The notes under the pieces were generated by a model, which was given only the letters and a program-made list of their open reading frames with translations, ran no database searches and was not told the origin of the DNA. A stretch of DNA of 64,000 nt. Origin: Malacoraja senta. Lineage: Eukaryota. The DNA lies in the NCBI GenBank assembly GCA_038087875.1, contig CM075996.1, forward strand, positions 7,132,001 to 7,196,000, written 5' to 3'. A program made the position numbers and the translations under genes. Positions 23,657 through 36,725 of this stretch are shown here, piece by piece. Each line of letters opens with the position of its first letter. Positions within the stretch are counted from its first letter, which is position 1.

Positions 23657-25133
23657 GTGAGTACTCTGGTCTTTGGAAGGCTTGTGCTCATTTTTGTTTT
23701 TCCTCTGCACTGCAGCAGTGGCGTCGAGCTGTTCTCAGGGGTGTCCCTGTGGGGACCACGCATCTTGAGCTGTTAATGAATAGGGTGGAACAGTGGTGGA
23801 ATTGCTGCCTGACACCGCCAGAGACCTGGGTTTGATCCTGACTGTGGGCCTGGTGCTATCTGTATGGCCTTTGTCCGTTCTCCCCTTGATCCGGTAGGTT
23901 TTCCCCGGGAGCTCAGGCTTCCTGCCGCACTCCAAAGACTGTGTACATTGTCTCTAATGTGTACGGTAGTGCTAGTGTACGGGGTGACTGCTGGTTGGCG
24001 TTGACTCGGTGGTCCGAAGAGCCTGTTTCTTTAAAGTCTAAAGTTTAACAAAACGGAGCTATATTCAGTGACTGATATCTGGGTGGGAATTCTTCAGTTT
24101 AAACAGACTAATGAAAGGCAAGTAGTCTGTATAGTCTTGTACATCTCTGTATAGTCTTGTATATCTCAGAACCAAAGTAGTTCCCACACATCAAGAAGTT
24201 TTTGTGAACAGCTAAATCCATCCCATCTATGTTTATCCAGCGTTCCCTTAAGTGCATCTTTGCTATTGCGTTCACTAAGCCACACATGATCGTGCTATTT
24301 TGGTGTTCGTGTTCCTAGTAGAGTATTGAATACCAAGCTGGGGCCGTGCACTCATTCTTGTGCATGCTAGAATAGGCTTGTCATTCCTGCTGTTGCTGTA
24401 AGATCTATATGTCCCCTTCCTCTAATCCTTGAAGAGAGATTGACCACTTTCGTACAGGTTTGTAGGTTAATTGTCTTCGGTATAAATGTTGTTATCCCTC
24501 GTGTGTTGGATAGTGCGAGTGTGCGGGGTGATCGCTGGTCAGCACAGACTCGATGGGCCGAAGGACCTGTTTCTGCACTGCATCTATAAAGTCTAAAGTC
24601 GTTGCAATTTTGAGCCGTGGCACAAATGTCCAAAGGAAAGCATGTTCATGTTCAAAGGCTGCAGGTATTTCCCCCTCTGTTTTTCACCTCTCAGCGCCAC
24701 CCACTTTGGAGAAGACAAACTAGTCTCGAGTCTGCACCGACCAGCGATCCCCGCACATTTTCCCCCCCACACACACGGAGGACAATTTACAATTTTACCA
24801 AGTCAGTTAGCCTACAAACCTATACGTCTGTGGAGTGTGGGAGGAAACCGGATTTCAAGGAGAAAACCCACGGAGGTCACGGGGAGAATGTACAAACTCC
24901 GTACAGGAGTTTCCGGGAGCTCCAGTTTCCTCCCACGTTCCAAAGACATGCAGGTTTTCCCAGCGGGGGAAACCCACACTGGTCACGAGAAGAAAGTACA
25001 AACTCCGTACAGACTAGCACCCGCGGTCAGGATCGAACCCGGATCTCTGGCGCTGTGAGGCAGCAACTACCTCAGCAACACCGTGCCGCCATTGATTTGA
25101 TAAAAGATCTCACTTTATTTTCTTTGATTTCAG

Positions 25134-25258
25134 CCCAAGAAGAAAGGAGTGGAAGGTATAATAGAAATTGAGAACCCCAACCGAATAGTACAGAAAAACA
25201 AGAAAATAGCTGAAGTGGATCTCAATCCCCGAAACCGAGAACTCTCCAGGCGAGAAAG
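25134..25258 (+). CDS. PDAP1: PDAP1-like coding exon 4 ([42 protein letters not shown])
   Basis: ttttctttgatttcag acceptor and AG|gtcaga donor. Contains the PP28-family motif KGVEGxIxIENPNR...ELSRRER. Confidence 0.95.
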
Positions 25259-25724
25259 GTCAGAGAGTTTCTCAATTAAACATTCAAATCTTTATCACTG
25301 AATAACCCATTTTAATGCAGGGTGACTCTATATCAAATATGCAACCTATATGTTCATCCCCCTGACTGAATGAATGAACTAGTCTCTTTATCTCTGTTTT
25401 TGATTTCAACCCCAGGGAAAAAGGTTCCAAGCTGTTCTATCCCTCCCATAGTTTTATATGCTTCTATTGTGCCTCCCCTCAACCTCTGGCGTTCCCAGGG
25501 GAACGTTTGTGTTGACGGTGCCGAAGTAGAGCTGGCTGAAAACTTCAAATTCTTAGTAGTCAATATCAACGTCTCCTGAACCACCCATTTTGAAGCAACG
25601 GTCATGGAAGCGCACCAGTCGCCTCTACTACAAACTACTTCAGGAAGTTTGGCATGTCCCCTACAACTTCTACATGGAAAGCGTTTTATCAGGATACATC
25701 GCCGCTTGGTTTGGCAACTTCTTT

Positions 25725-26130
25725 CATTCATCGTCGTTGAAAACATTAGCAACGCAGTGGTGCTGGTGTCCGACGGGAACGGTGACGGACGCTCCACACA
25801 TCGCTGTCCTCCAGTTCCTGCGGAGTTCCGCTGCTGGAAGTCCAGGATTTTGGTGTGTGTGTGTGCTTTGTCGTCATTCCTTACAATGCCAAGTACGACA
25901 GTGATCGCAACTTCTACTGAAGTGTGGATGGCCGTTGGCTCGCGAGGAGCTCATCCACCCTTTGACAGGTCTTGTTTTTGGTCCTGCTAGGGGTCCACAG
26001 CCCCCTCCTCACCTGGCAACCCAGTGTGGGGGAGATGGTTTAGTCGCCGACTATCCGACCCTGGAGCAGGTAGCATGGGATTACATGGTACCCGTGGCGG
26101 GGGGAACTCCCCCCGACCTGACCTGACCTG
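25725..26130. repeat. ~400-bp unclassified interspersed repeat (second copy 47518-47916)
   Basis: Two highly similar copies bounded by (TCAT/TCG)-type and (GACCT)n short repeats. Confidence 0.8.
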
Positions 26131-27156
26131 GGAACAGCTCCACCCAAGACCGCAAGAAATGGCAGCGAATTGTGGACGCAGCCCAGACCATCACATAAAC
26201 CAATCTCCCTTCTGTTGACTCAATTTATACCTCGGCAAGGCCAGCAGCATAATCAAGGACGAGTCGCACCCTGGCCACTCCCTCTTCTCCCCTCTCCCAT
26301 CAGGCAAAAGGTACAGAAGTGCGAAAATGCACACCTATCCATTTTTTCCAGAGATGCTGCCTGACCCGCTGAGTTTACTGGCTTTATCTTGTACTAAACA
26401 TTATTCCCTTATCATGACCCTTATCAGCCTCACTCCCTCTTCTCCCCTCTCCCATCAGGCAAGAGGTACAGAAGCGTGAAAACGCACACCTCCAGATTCA
26501 GGGACAGTTTCTTCCCAGCTGTTATCAAGCAACTGAACCATCCTACCACAGCCACAGAGCAGTGCTGAACTAGTATCTACCTCATTGGAGACCCTCAGAC
26601 TACCCTTGATTGGACTTTTCTGGCTTTACCTTGCACTAAACATTATTCCCTTATTATGTATCTATACACATGTGAATGGCTCAATTGTAACCATGTATAA
26701 TCTTTCTGGACAGCACGCAACAAAAGATTTTCACTCGACCCGAAACGTCACCTATTCCTTTCCTCCATAGATTCTGCCTCACCCGCTGAGTTTCGCCAGC
26801 ATTTCTATCTACCTTCACTGTACCTCTGTACACGTGACAATAAACTAAAGTGTAAAACAATCTAAGCTTGTCCAACCTCTCCTTGTAGCTAATACCTCCT
26901 AATCCAGACGTCACTCTGGTAAACCTCTTCTGCACCCTATCCAAAGCCTGCACATCCTTTCTGTAATGGGGCTGCCAGAACCGCATATAATGTGCGCTAA
27001 CCAAAGACTAACACTTTATTTGTTATTCCCATGTACCACCTTGGGCACTTTGTTGTGTTGCATAGAGTCATACAGTGATACAGCGTGGAAACAGACCCTT
27101 CGGCCAAACTTGCCCACACCAGCCAACAATGTCCCAGCTACACTAGTCCCACCTGA

Positions 27157-28120
27157 TCTGGATGAATATTAATGATTTGGACGAGGGAATTGAATGCAAC
27201 ATCTCCAAGTTTGCGGATGACACAAAGCTGGGGGAAGTGTTAGCTGTGAGGAGGATGCTAGGAGGCTGCAAGATGACTTGGATAGGTTGAGTGAGTGGGC
27301 AAATGCATGGCAGATGCAGTATAATGTGGATAAATGTGAGGTTATCCACTTTGGTGGCAAAAACAGGAAAGTAGACTTATCTGAATGGTGGCCGATTAGG
27401 AAAAGGGGAGATGCAACGAGACCTGGGTGTCATGGTACACCAGTCATTGAAAGTAGGCATGCAGGTGCAGCAGGCAGTGAAGAAAGCGAATGGTATGTTA
27501 GCATTCATAGCAAAAGGATTTGAGTATAAGAGCAGGGAGGTTCTACTACAGTTGTACAGGGTCTTGGTGAGACCACACCTGGAGTATTGTGTACAGTTTT
27601 GGTCTCCTAATCTGAGGAAAGACATTCTTGCCATAGAGGGAGTACAGAGAAGGTTCACCAGACTGATTCCTGGGATGGCAGAACTTTCATATGAAGTAAG
27701 ACTGGATAGACTTGGCTTATACTCGCTAGAATTTAGGAGATTGAGGGGGGATCTTATAGAAACTTACAAAATTCTTAAGGGGTTGGACAGGCTAGATGCA
27801 GGAAGATTGTTCCCGATGTTGGGGAAGTCCAGAAGAAGGGGTCACAGTTTAAGGATAAGGGGGAAGCCTTTTAGGACCGAGATGAGAAAAACAATTTTCA
27901 CACAGAGAGTGGTGAATCTGTGGAATTCTCTGCCACAGAAGGTAGTTGAGGCCGGTTCATTGGCTAGATTTAAGAGGGAGTTAGATGTGGCCCTTGTGGC
28001 TAAAGGGATCAGGGGGTATGGAGAGAAGGCAGGTACAGGATACTGAGTTGGATGATCAGCCATGATCATATCGAAGGGCCGAATGGCCTACTCCTGCACC
28101 TATTTTCTATGTTCTATGTT
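27157..28120 (+). mobile_element. 5'-truncated CR1 LINE
   Basis: SKFADDTKL, WQMQYNVDKCEVIHFG, LVRPHLEYCVQFWSP; (TTCTATG)n tail. Confidence 0.93.
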
Positions 28121-28446
28121 TCTACCTGTCCACATTTGGTCCATATCCCTCCAAACCATGTACCTGTCTAACAGTTTCTTAAACGTTGGGATAGTCCCTG
28201 CATCAACTACCTCATCTGGCAGCTTGTTCCGTGCACCCACCACCCTCTGTTTAAAAAGTTAGCCCTCCGAATCCTATTAAATCTTTTCCCCTTCACCTTA
28301 AACCTATGTCCTCTGCTCTCGATTCACCTACTCTGGGCAAGAGACTGTGCATAAGTGCAGGTTATCCTTTTTTAAAAATCTTACATATTTGTTCAATGAC
28401 TTCACAAAACCTGAAAGTGCAACGTAAATGGTGACTATCAAAGTGA

Positions 28447-28776
28447 GGGGCCTGTCCCACTTTCACGACCTAATTCACAACCTTTTTTACTCGTGGACAT
28501 TTTTCATAGAATAGAATAGAATAGAAACTATATTTGCCACACGACCAGGGTTGGTGGTAATTGGGTTCGGTACATGATGGTACACTGCTTTAGCACATTA
28601 ACACTAATAACAACACAGATCATAATAATAAAGCACATCACAAAACTTCCCCGACCTACTTGATGCCACGAGTACCTACGACTAGCATCACGACCTGTTA
28701 CGACCTCGTGACGACCATGCTGCGAGTGTGAGTCAAGGGCAAACTCGGCAGAGGTCGTGAAAGTGGGACAGGCCCT
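28447..28776. mobile_element. PIF/Harbinger MITE
   Basis: TIR (G/A)GGGCCTGTCCCACTTTCACGACCT; flanks TGA / TAA. Confidence 0.85.
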
Positions 28777-28850
28777 TAAATTTTAACGGTTTAAAGCAAA
28801 GCTAATTCAATTTTATTTCCATCCCCTGCCCTACAATGTACCCGTCTCAG

Positions 28851-29001
28851 GGAAGAGATTGAGAAGCAACAAGCCCGGGAGAGGTATATGAAACTCCACC
28901 TGGAGGGGAAGACGGAGCGGCGCGGGCAGACCTGGCACGGCTTGCCATCATACGGAAGCAGCGGGAAGATGCAGCCAAGAAACGGGAGACTGACAAGAAA
29001 G
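28851..29001 (+). CDS. PDAP1: PDAP1-like coding exon 5 (EEIEKQQARERYMKLHLEGKTE[fs][27 protein letters not shown]), 1-nt deletion near 28918
   Basis: tctcag acceptor and G|gttggt donor. Matches human [42 protein letters not shown] only if one base is restored at 28918-28919. Confidence 0.93.
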
Positions 29002-29411
29002 GTTGGTGACAGCCGGATGTTGATCATCTTTGCTGGCTATGATTTGTCCTTTTGTGCACCTTTCATTCACTTGTTCTCTGTATCTTTTCGTATCAATCGT
29101 TTCTCTCTCCCCTGACTTTCAGTCTGTAGAAGGGTCTCGACCCGAAACGTCACCTATTCCTTTTCTCCGGAGATGCTGCCTGATCTGCTGAGTTACTCCA
29201 GCGCTTTGTGTCTTGTCTTCAGTGTAAACCCGCGTCTGCAGTTCTGGCTACACAGCCTGTCCAGTTACCGAGTCTGTGAACTCAGGTTCTCAGTTCTTTC
29301 CACCTACCCCTTGCTAGCTCCTAAGGCCTTTCAAAGCATACATCCCGAAGATGTTCAGTGTTACAAACTGTTACTCTAGCGATAGCAGAATTTGCTTGCA
29401 TAACCTCTGCC

Positions 29412-30175
29412 CTGTCCTCAACTTCACTTGGACCATCTCTGACACCCTCTCCCCTTTCTTGATCTCTCTGTCTCCATCACAGCGAACAGACTATCGACTA
29501 ACGCAGGGGTGGGGAACCTGCGGCCTTAAGGCCACATGAGGCCTTCTAGGCCATTACGTTGGGCCTTTTGAATGAATCCAAATTTTGTAGAACAAATCCT
29601 TTTATTTTAATTAATATATTTTTGTTCGTCTTTTATTATTTAAATCTTAATCTTAAATGAATGTATTTAAAATACCAAAGATTCAACAAAATAATCCTCC
29701 CCGACTGACGGCCACAATTAAAACATTAGTAAGTCATGAGGGCTATTTTAACAAAATAATGTACATTTTGAAGTATATCTAATTGAAGTTTCTTGGATGC
29801 GGCCTTATTAGATTACAGCTAACTTAATGCGGCATTCCGACATGAAAGGTTCCCCACCCCTGGACAAACGTCTACTACAAACCTACCAACTCCCACAGTT
29901 ATCTGGACCACACTTCCTCCCACCATGCCTCTTGCAAAGACGCTATCATCCCCCACTCAATTTTCGTTCTCTGCCGCATCTGAGACACCTATTTCTCCCC
30001 TCCCCCATTTCTTCCTCTAGCTTCGCAAATCCTCAAATCTTTTTGTCTCTCACCTTCTGTTTCCATCTCTGTCCATTGTCCAGCCATCTTCCTATCAAAT
30101 AACCCTTCCCACCAGTGTGTCGGCCTATTGCCTGCCAGGCTTTGTCCTGCCCTTCCCCCGTCTCGGCCGAGCTAC
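29412..30175 (+). mobile_element. Degraded Penelope-like element (RT fragment + 3' UTR) interrupted by a hAT MITE
   Basis: Reads VLNFTWTISDT..PFLDLSVSITANRLST|NVYYKPTNSHSYLDHTSSHHASCKDAI across the MITE, a typical PLE RT C-terminal region. Confidence 0.8.
29504..29862. mobile_element. hAT (Charlie-like) MITE
   Basis: 16-bp TIR CAGGGGTGGGGAACCT / AGGTTCCCCACCCCTG; 8-bp TSD gactaacg / gacaaacg (7/8). Confidence 0.88.
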
Positions 30176-30288
30176 CCAGAAACTAACTTCTATTCCGGTG
30201 CGAGTAGTCTTCCACCAGTAGATAGCAAGGACTTGCTGCAAATTGTTTCGACTGTCGATAACTCCTGGACTCCGCTTCCGTTCTGCAG

Positions 30289-30308
30289 TGAAAGACACGA
30301 AAGCCTAG
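30289..30308 (+). CDS. PDAP1: PDAP1-like terminal coding exon 6 (VKDTKA*)
   Basis: ccgcttccgttctgcag acceptor, phase 1 compatible with exon 5, TAG at 30306-30308, followed by a long repeat-free UTR-like stretch. Confidence 0.7.
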
Positions 30309-31750
30309 CGCCAAGTGGGCCCAGCAGAATCATCGGGTAACCTGGAGGGGACATTCAAGCCATCGCCTGCTCTTGCGCAGCTCATCTCCTCGTCGCCCAA
30401 CGCCAACAACAAAAACACAAAAAAACAACTCTCCATCGCATCTTGCATCTCGCCCACAGCCAGCACCACACGCCGCCAAGAGAGTCGATCTGCCTGTTGA
30501 ATTTTTACACTTCCGATAACCAAGAATAAACAAGGTGTTTTTAATCCAGCCACGTGCTTTTAGAAGCACCGTTTGGCATTCTGTGCATGAAGACTGAAAA
30601 GACTAGTGAATGTTTAATAGTGTGCCGTGCGTGGTGGGCTGGCACTAGACCGTGGGGTGGGGGGGGGTTCTAGTTCAGAGCGTGACTTTGGGTGAGGCCC
30701 AGATATTGCTCCGGTTAGCTACAGGGGTCTGTTACAACTTCCAGGGGGGATTTTTTGTTCCCTTCTGGTCCTCCCTTCTCTTGTTACTTGTCCTTAAAAA
30801 ATGATAATAATAATAGTGACAGTATATCCAGGATCATAATTTGTAGGGAAAAGTGCGGTTTCCATTAGTATTTGGAATGGCTGAGGGTGGAGGCAGATTG
30901 CTGGGGGTGGGAGGGGGGGTGATACTAGAGGGGCTAGAGGGGTCACTTGTAAGCTATAAGGAGAGGGGACGGCACCCTGAGGAGACAGTGGGCGAGGACA
31001 TTATCGGCTACTTTGTCACTTCTGTTGCAGAATCCAAGGGAACGTTTCTGTGTGCTGCTTAGTAAATTAGAAGCGGCGCCAGGTTTCCAGGCATTTGTGT
31101 CGTCCATTTTGATTTTAACTCCTTGGTGTCATCTTTGTCAGACCCTCTTTTATTCCCCCCCCCCCCCCCCCTCTCCCCTCTCTTTCCTCGCTCTTGCAGT
31201 ATGAAACATTTGCCACAGTAGGTTTTATTTGAGAGCCTTGGTTAACGGCGCAGCAATAAAAAAACCAAAAAAAAACACCCCAGTCTGGAAAGATGAGTAA
31301 TTTTTTTTCCCTGTATAAATCTAAGTTTGTCGTCTAGAAGTCGGTCTTTTCCCTCGGCACATTTAACCTCAAGTCACAACTGCCTTATTTAAATTTTTTT
31401 AAAATTTTTTTTTTTTTTGCTTCATTGCTTTTGATCTTAGCGTCGTTTAATTTTTTGGGAGTCGGGTGTGAGAGGGAGGGGCGAGTAGAAATGTTTAATT
31501 CTGATGGAAAGCCAAAGTACAAACTGTTTTGCAAGTTCGTAGATTCCATCTGTACAACTGGTTGGTGGGCGTTCTTTACATGGGCTTGTGGAGGGAAGGT
31601 GAGAATTAGTACCTAGTTTACCCTTCTGTTTGTAGAGAGGGGGAAATAAATTGGCTGGAGTTTTTCTCCTCACCACTGTCTGGCTCGTGAATGCATGTGT
31701 GCAGTGGTTGGATTAAAAGGTTTCTGTGCAATTTGTTTTTTTTAAACTCT
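30309..31750 (+). other. PDAP1: Probable 3' UTR of the PDAP1-like gene with several poly(A) signals
   Basis: ~1.4 kb with no recognisable TEs in a TE-saturated window. U-rich tracts; AATAAA near 30525, 31255, 31645; ATTAAA near 31712 followed by a T/GT-rich downstream element. Confidence 0.65.
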
Positions 31751-34700
31751 TTCCTTCTCCCCCCCCCCCCTTTCAACCACAGCGCATCGCCCCAGTCAGA
31801 CAGTCTTACGCTGGGTTGCTGTGATGCAAATAGACAATAGGTGCAGGAGTAGGCCATTTGGCCCTTCGAGCCAGCACCGCCATTCGATGTGATCAGCCAT
31901 GATCACATTGAATGGCGGTGCTGGCTCGAAGGGCCAAATGGCCTACTCCTGCACCCATTGATCGTGGCTGATCGTCCCCAATCAGTAACCCGTTCCTGCC
32001 TTCTCCCCATATCCCATGACTCCGCTATCTTTAAGAGCCCTATTTAGCTCTCTCTTGAAAGTATCCAGAAAACCGCCCTCTGAGGCAGAGAATTCCACAC
32101 ACAACTCTCTGTGTGGAAAAACTCGGACAATTGCTCCGTTAATTGGCACCCAGACTATTCTGGTCCATGCAGGGTGAGTGAAGGTTTGTTGGCCTTGCTG
32201 AAACTGTTGGAAGTACCCATGCACAAGGCATGGGTTTTAAGTAGCTTTGGAAACGGACATAATTATTAGAAGCAATTAATAACAATTTTGACTTCTCTCA
32301 TTCAGACCCTTGGCTCAGCCATAGCATTTCCAACTTTTATATTTTAATGACTTAGGAGCTCAATGAGATTCCCTAAGTTTTTTCTGCGTTAAAAGAGAAA
32401 ATAAGATAGATGCAGCGAAGCCTGTTGATTGACTCCATTGATGCTTAACGACAACGTTTGAATCTCCTTTCCCAGGTTACTGTTTTTGGATGTAGGTGCT
32501 GAAATTCTAAGGCCTGTTTCAGGCCCGTATGTCCGAATTTAACTCCATGTTGCCAAAAAGATGCAGTTCAGTAGATCAGAGCTGACCTAGAGTGAAGCTC
32601 AATGTGCTTCAGTTCACTGGTCTCGACAGTTCCCTAGTCTTGAGAACTGGAGGATCCAGTATCTGCCATTAGGCCTGAGAACATCTAATAGAGTCTCGTA
32701 GCACAGCCTGGTATGGTGTTGGGAAGGGGGAGTTACAATTGAATGTTTTGTCTGCTATCTTTTTCCTCCTTCCCCTCCCTCTGGTATCACCCATTCCACA
32801 TCACAGCCTCGTTCTACCACACAGCAAGCATAGAGTTTTAAAATTATCAGCACTCTATTCGCCACATTGCAGGCAAGACAACCTGCAATCTCCCGTTAAC
32901 AATTTACTGTGGATGTGGAATGACTGTCATAGATATGTCTTAATACAGTAGAAATATAGAAAAATGGGTGCAGGAGTAGGCCCTTCGAACCAATTCAATA
33001 TGATCATGGCTGATCATCCAAAATCAGTACCCCGTTCCTGCTTTTTTTCCCCCATATCCCTTGATTCCCTTAGCCCTAAGAGCTAAATCTAACTCTCTCT
33101 TGAAAACATCCAGTGAAGTGGCTTCCACTGCCTTCTGTGGCAGAGAATTCCACAGACTCACAACTCTCTGGGTGAAAACGTTTTTCCTCGTCTCAGTCCT
33201 AAATGGCCTGCCCCTTATTAAAACTGTGACCCCCCCCCCCCTGGTTCTGGACTTCCCCCCAACATCGGGACCATTTTTCCTGTGCTGAAGATAGACACAA
33301 AACTGCTGGAGTAACTCCGTGGGTCAGGCAGCATCTCTGGAGAAAAAGGATGGGTGACGTGTTGGGTTGGAACCCTTCTTCGACATTTTGGGGGTTTGGA
33401 TGAAGAGTTCTGAGCCGAAACATCACCTATCTTCAAAACGTCAGAACACTTCATCCAAACCCCCAAAATGTCTTGAAGAAGGGTTCCAACCCAACACGTC
33501 ACCCATCCTTTTTCTCCAGAGATGCTGCCTATCCCACTGAGTTCCTCCAGCATTTTGTGTCCATCTTCAGTGTATAAACCAGCATCTGCAGCTCCTTCTG
33601 ACACATTTTGTCTTAACACAGTGTTGCTTCAGTTTTCCCCCTTTAAAGTGATTGGAGGGTGACCCTCGAATAAATGCGATAAATTTGTTAAATTGGGTTG
33701 GAAATGTTTTCCTGAAATCCCACTGTCATTTTGCCTATTCCTCCAGCAGTCATTTTGTGTCCATTCTTGGGTCAAGAGAATCTGGGATCATTTTGCAGCC
33801 AAAATAGACCTTATTCCAGATTTAGACCGTTGAAATTCTACCAGATGATCATCAGGGAAACTACTGCATTAATGTTTGAAGATCCCATTGATTTCAGCTA
33901 ATGATTTGAACTCTGCCAGTCATTTACTTTCGATCAGCCAGCTAGCTGTGTACAAGCCCTCTAAGCTTTGCACCTCAAGGCAGTGATGTAAAAATTGCCA
34001 GAGCTTTTTTAAGCCGTAGTGATTGAGATGGGCTGGGAGCTACCTTGAATTCTTCCGTGAATTCTTCCGTTAAAATCCTGAAATGGGTGGTCAGGCTTCC
34101 TGCCTGGGTTTCATTCGAGCAAATATGCTTTTTTATTCATTTCACTTGGTAGATAGAATGACCAAGGGATCTGCCCAGGATAGGCACAAAATGCTGGATT
34201 AACTCAGTGGGACAGGCAGCATCTCCGGAGAGAAGGAATGGGTGACGTTTCGGGTGACCCGAAACGTCACCCATTCCTTCTCTCCAGAGATGCTGCCTGT
34301 CCCGCTGAGCCACTCCAGCATTTTATGTCCATCTTTGGTTTCAGCCAGCATCTGCAGTTCCTTCCCACAAAATGTATCTGTCCACTTTGTCAACCAGTTC
34401 CCTCATCATCTGGGCGTCTATATGTACCTTGTGTCCCTTAGGGCCACAACCGATCTAGAGAATCTTCTCTGTGGAACAAGTTAACGGGATTTTGACCAGA
34501 CCAAAACCCCTCAGCAATCTTGCATTGAGACATAATCACAGGGTTTAAAGTGCTTTTTTTTTTTTTTTGAAATTGAAATTGAAATAAAATCTCCAAACAA
34601 AATTGCCATTTGTCTAGTTTTTCTTGTTAAATGGAAACAAGCTGTAATCCATCCATTTAATTTGCTTTTCCGAATGTGCCGTGATTTCCATATGTGTTTC

Positions 34701-36049
34701 ATTTTCTTCTATGGCTTTAACCCTTGTAGACTCCTCCAGCCCTCGAGTGTCTATGAGGTACACAGCAGGTCGGGCAGCATCTCTGGGGGAAAGGAATAGG
34801 TGACGTTTGGGGTCGAGACTCTTCTTCAGACTCGAGGGTCTCGACCCCGGAACGTCACCCGTTCCTTATTCTCCAGAGATGCTGCCTGGCCCGCTGAGTT
34901 ACTGCAGGAATTTGTGTGGAAAATCAGCATCTGCAGTTCCTACACATTTTGTCTGCAAGGTAGTTTGTGGATCTCCGTTATGTTGTTACTGGTGGCTGTG
35001 GGTGAGCACAAGGGGGGTGGGCAGACCCTCTAGAGCAACAGTAAGTGTTTGCTGCATTCATAGTGAGCTGCCAAATAATGGCGACAGTGGCAGCACAGTA
35101 CCATCAAAGATGGGACGCGGGAGACCCCTATAAGCATGCGTTGCTGTAAGCATTGGGAAGAACATGTTAGCAGTGCAGATTGGCTAGTATTCTGGCCTAT
35201 CTACACTGCTGACGTGTTATTTGGGCATTACAGTGGTGCAGCGGTCTAATTGCTGCCTCACAGCGCCAGAGACCCAGGTTCGATCCCGGCTACAGGTATT
35301 TGTCCACAGAGTTTGTACGATCTCCCCGGAGACCTGTGTGGGCTTTCTCCAGGTACCCCTGTTTCCTCCCGCACGGCAAACCCCTACATGTTTGTACAAG
35401 AAAGAACTGCAGATGCTGGAAAAATCGAAGGTAGACAAAAATGCTGGAGGAACTCAGCGGGTGAGGCAGCATCTCAGGAGAGCAGGAACGTAACACACTC
35501 AGACTGAAGAAGGGTCTCGACCTGAAACGTCACCTATTTCCTTCGCTCCATAGATGCTGCCTCACCCGCTGAGTTTCTCCAGCAATTTTGTCGACCTACA
35601 TGTTTGTAGGTTAATTGACTTCGGTAAAATTGTAAATTGTTCCCTAGTGTGCCTGTGTGTAGGATAGTGTTAGCGTGCAGGGACCGCTTGAGGCTGAAGA
35701 AGGGTCTTCACCTGGAATGTCATCTATTCCTTTTCTCCAAAGATGCTGCCTGACCCGCTGAGTTACTCCAGCCTTTTGTGTCAATCTCTGGTGTAAACTG
35801 TGGCACGGGCCGAAGGGCCTGTTTCCGTGCTGTATCTCTAAAGTAAACAACTTTTTGAAAGTGATTGCAAAAGGACTGGTGTATCCTGCATTGACCATCT
35901 ATAAACTCTATTGAAAAGCACTTCGAGGAGGTTGTGCAAGATGCACTTATTTAAAACTTAAGAATTCCCTTCCTAAAACTCCATCTTTTTAAATCCACCT
36001 CTCACCAAACTAAGATAGACACAAAAAGCTGGAGTAACTCAGTGGGTCA

Positions 36050-36725
36050 GGCTAATGGCATGTTGGCCTTCATTGCGAGAGGATTTGAGTTTAGGAGCAA
36101 GGAGGTCCTACCGCGATTGTACAGGGCCCTGGTGAGACCGCACCTGGAGTATTGTGTGCAATTTTGGTCTCCTAATTTGAGGTAGGGCATTCTTGCTATT
36201 GAGGGAGTGCAGCGTAGGTTCGCCAGGTTAATTCCCGAGATGGCGGGACTGACATATGATGAAAGAATGGGTTGACTGGGCTTGTATTCATTGGAATTTA
36301 GAAGGATGAGAGGAGATCTGATAGAAACATATAACATTTTTAAAGGATTGGACAGACTAGATGCAGGAAAAATGTTCCTGATGTTAGGGAAGTGCAGAAC
36401 CCGGGGTCGCAGTTTAAAAATAAAGGGTAGGCCGTTTAGGACTGAGTTAAGGAAAAACCTTTTCATCCAGAGAGTTGTGAATCTGTGGAATTCTCTGCCA
36501 CAGAAGGCAGTGGAGGCCAATTCACTGGATGTTTTCAAGAGAGTTAGATTTGGCTCTTAGGGCTAACGGAATCCAGGGATATGGGGAAAAAGGAATGAGG
36601 GCTAAAGGAATCAAGGGATATGGGGAAAAGCAGGAACAGGGTACTGATTTTAGATGATCAGCCATGATCATATTGAATGGCGGTGCTGGCTCGAAGGGCC
36701 GAACGGCCTACTTCGCCTATTTTTC
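36050..36725 (+). mobile_element. CR1 LINE 3' fragment
   Basis: Same RT C-terminal motifs with stops, plus 3' UTR. Confidence 0.9.
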
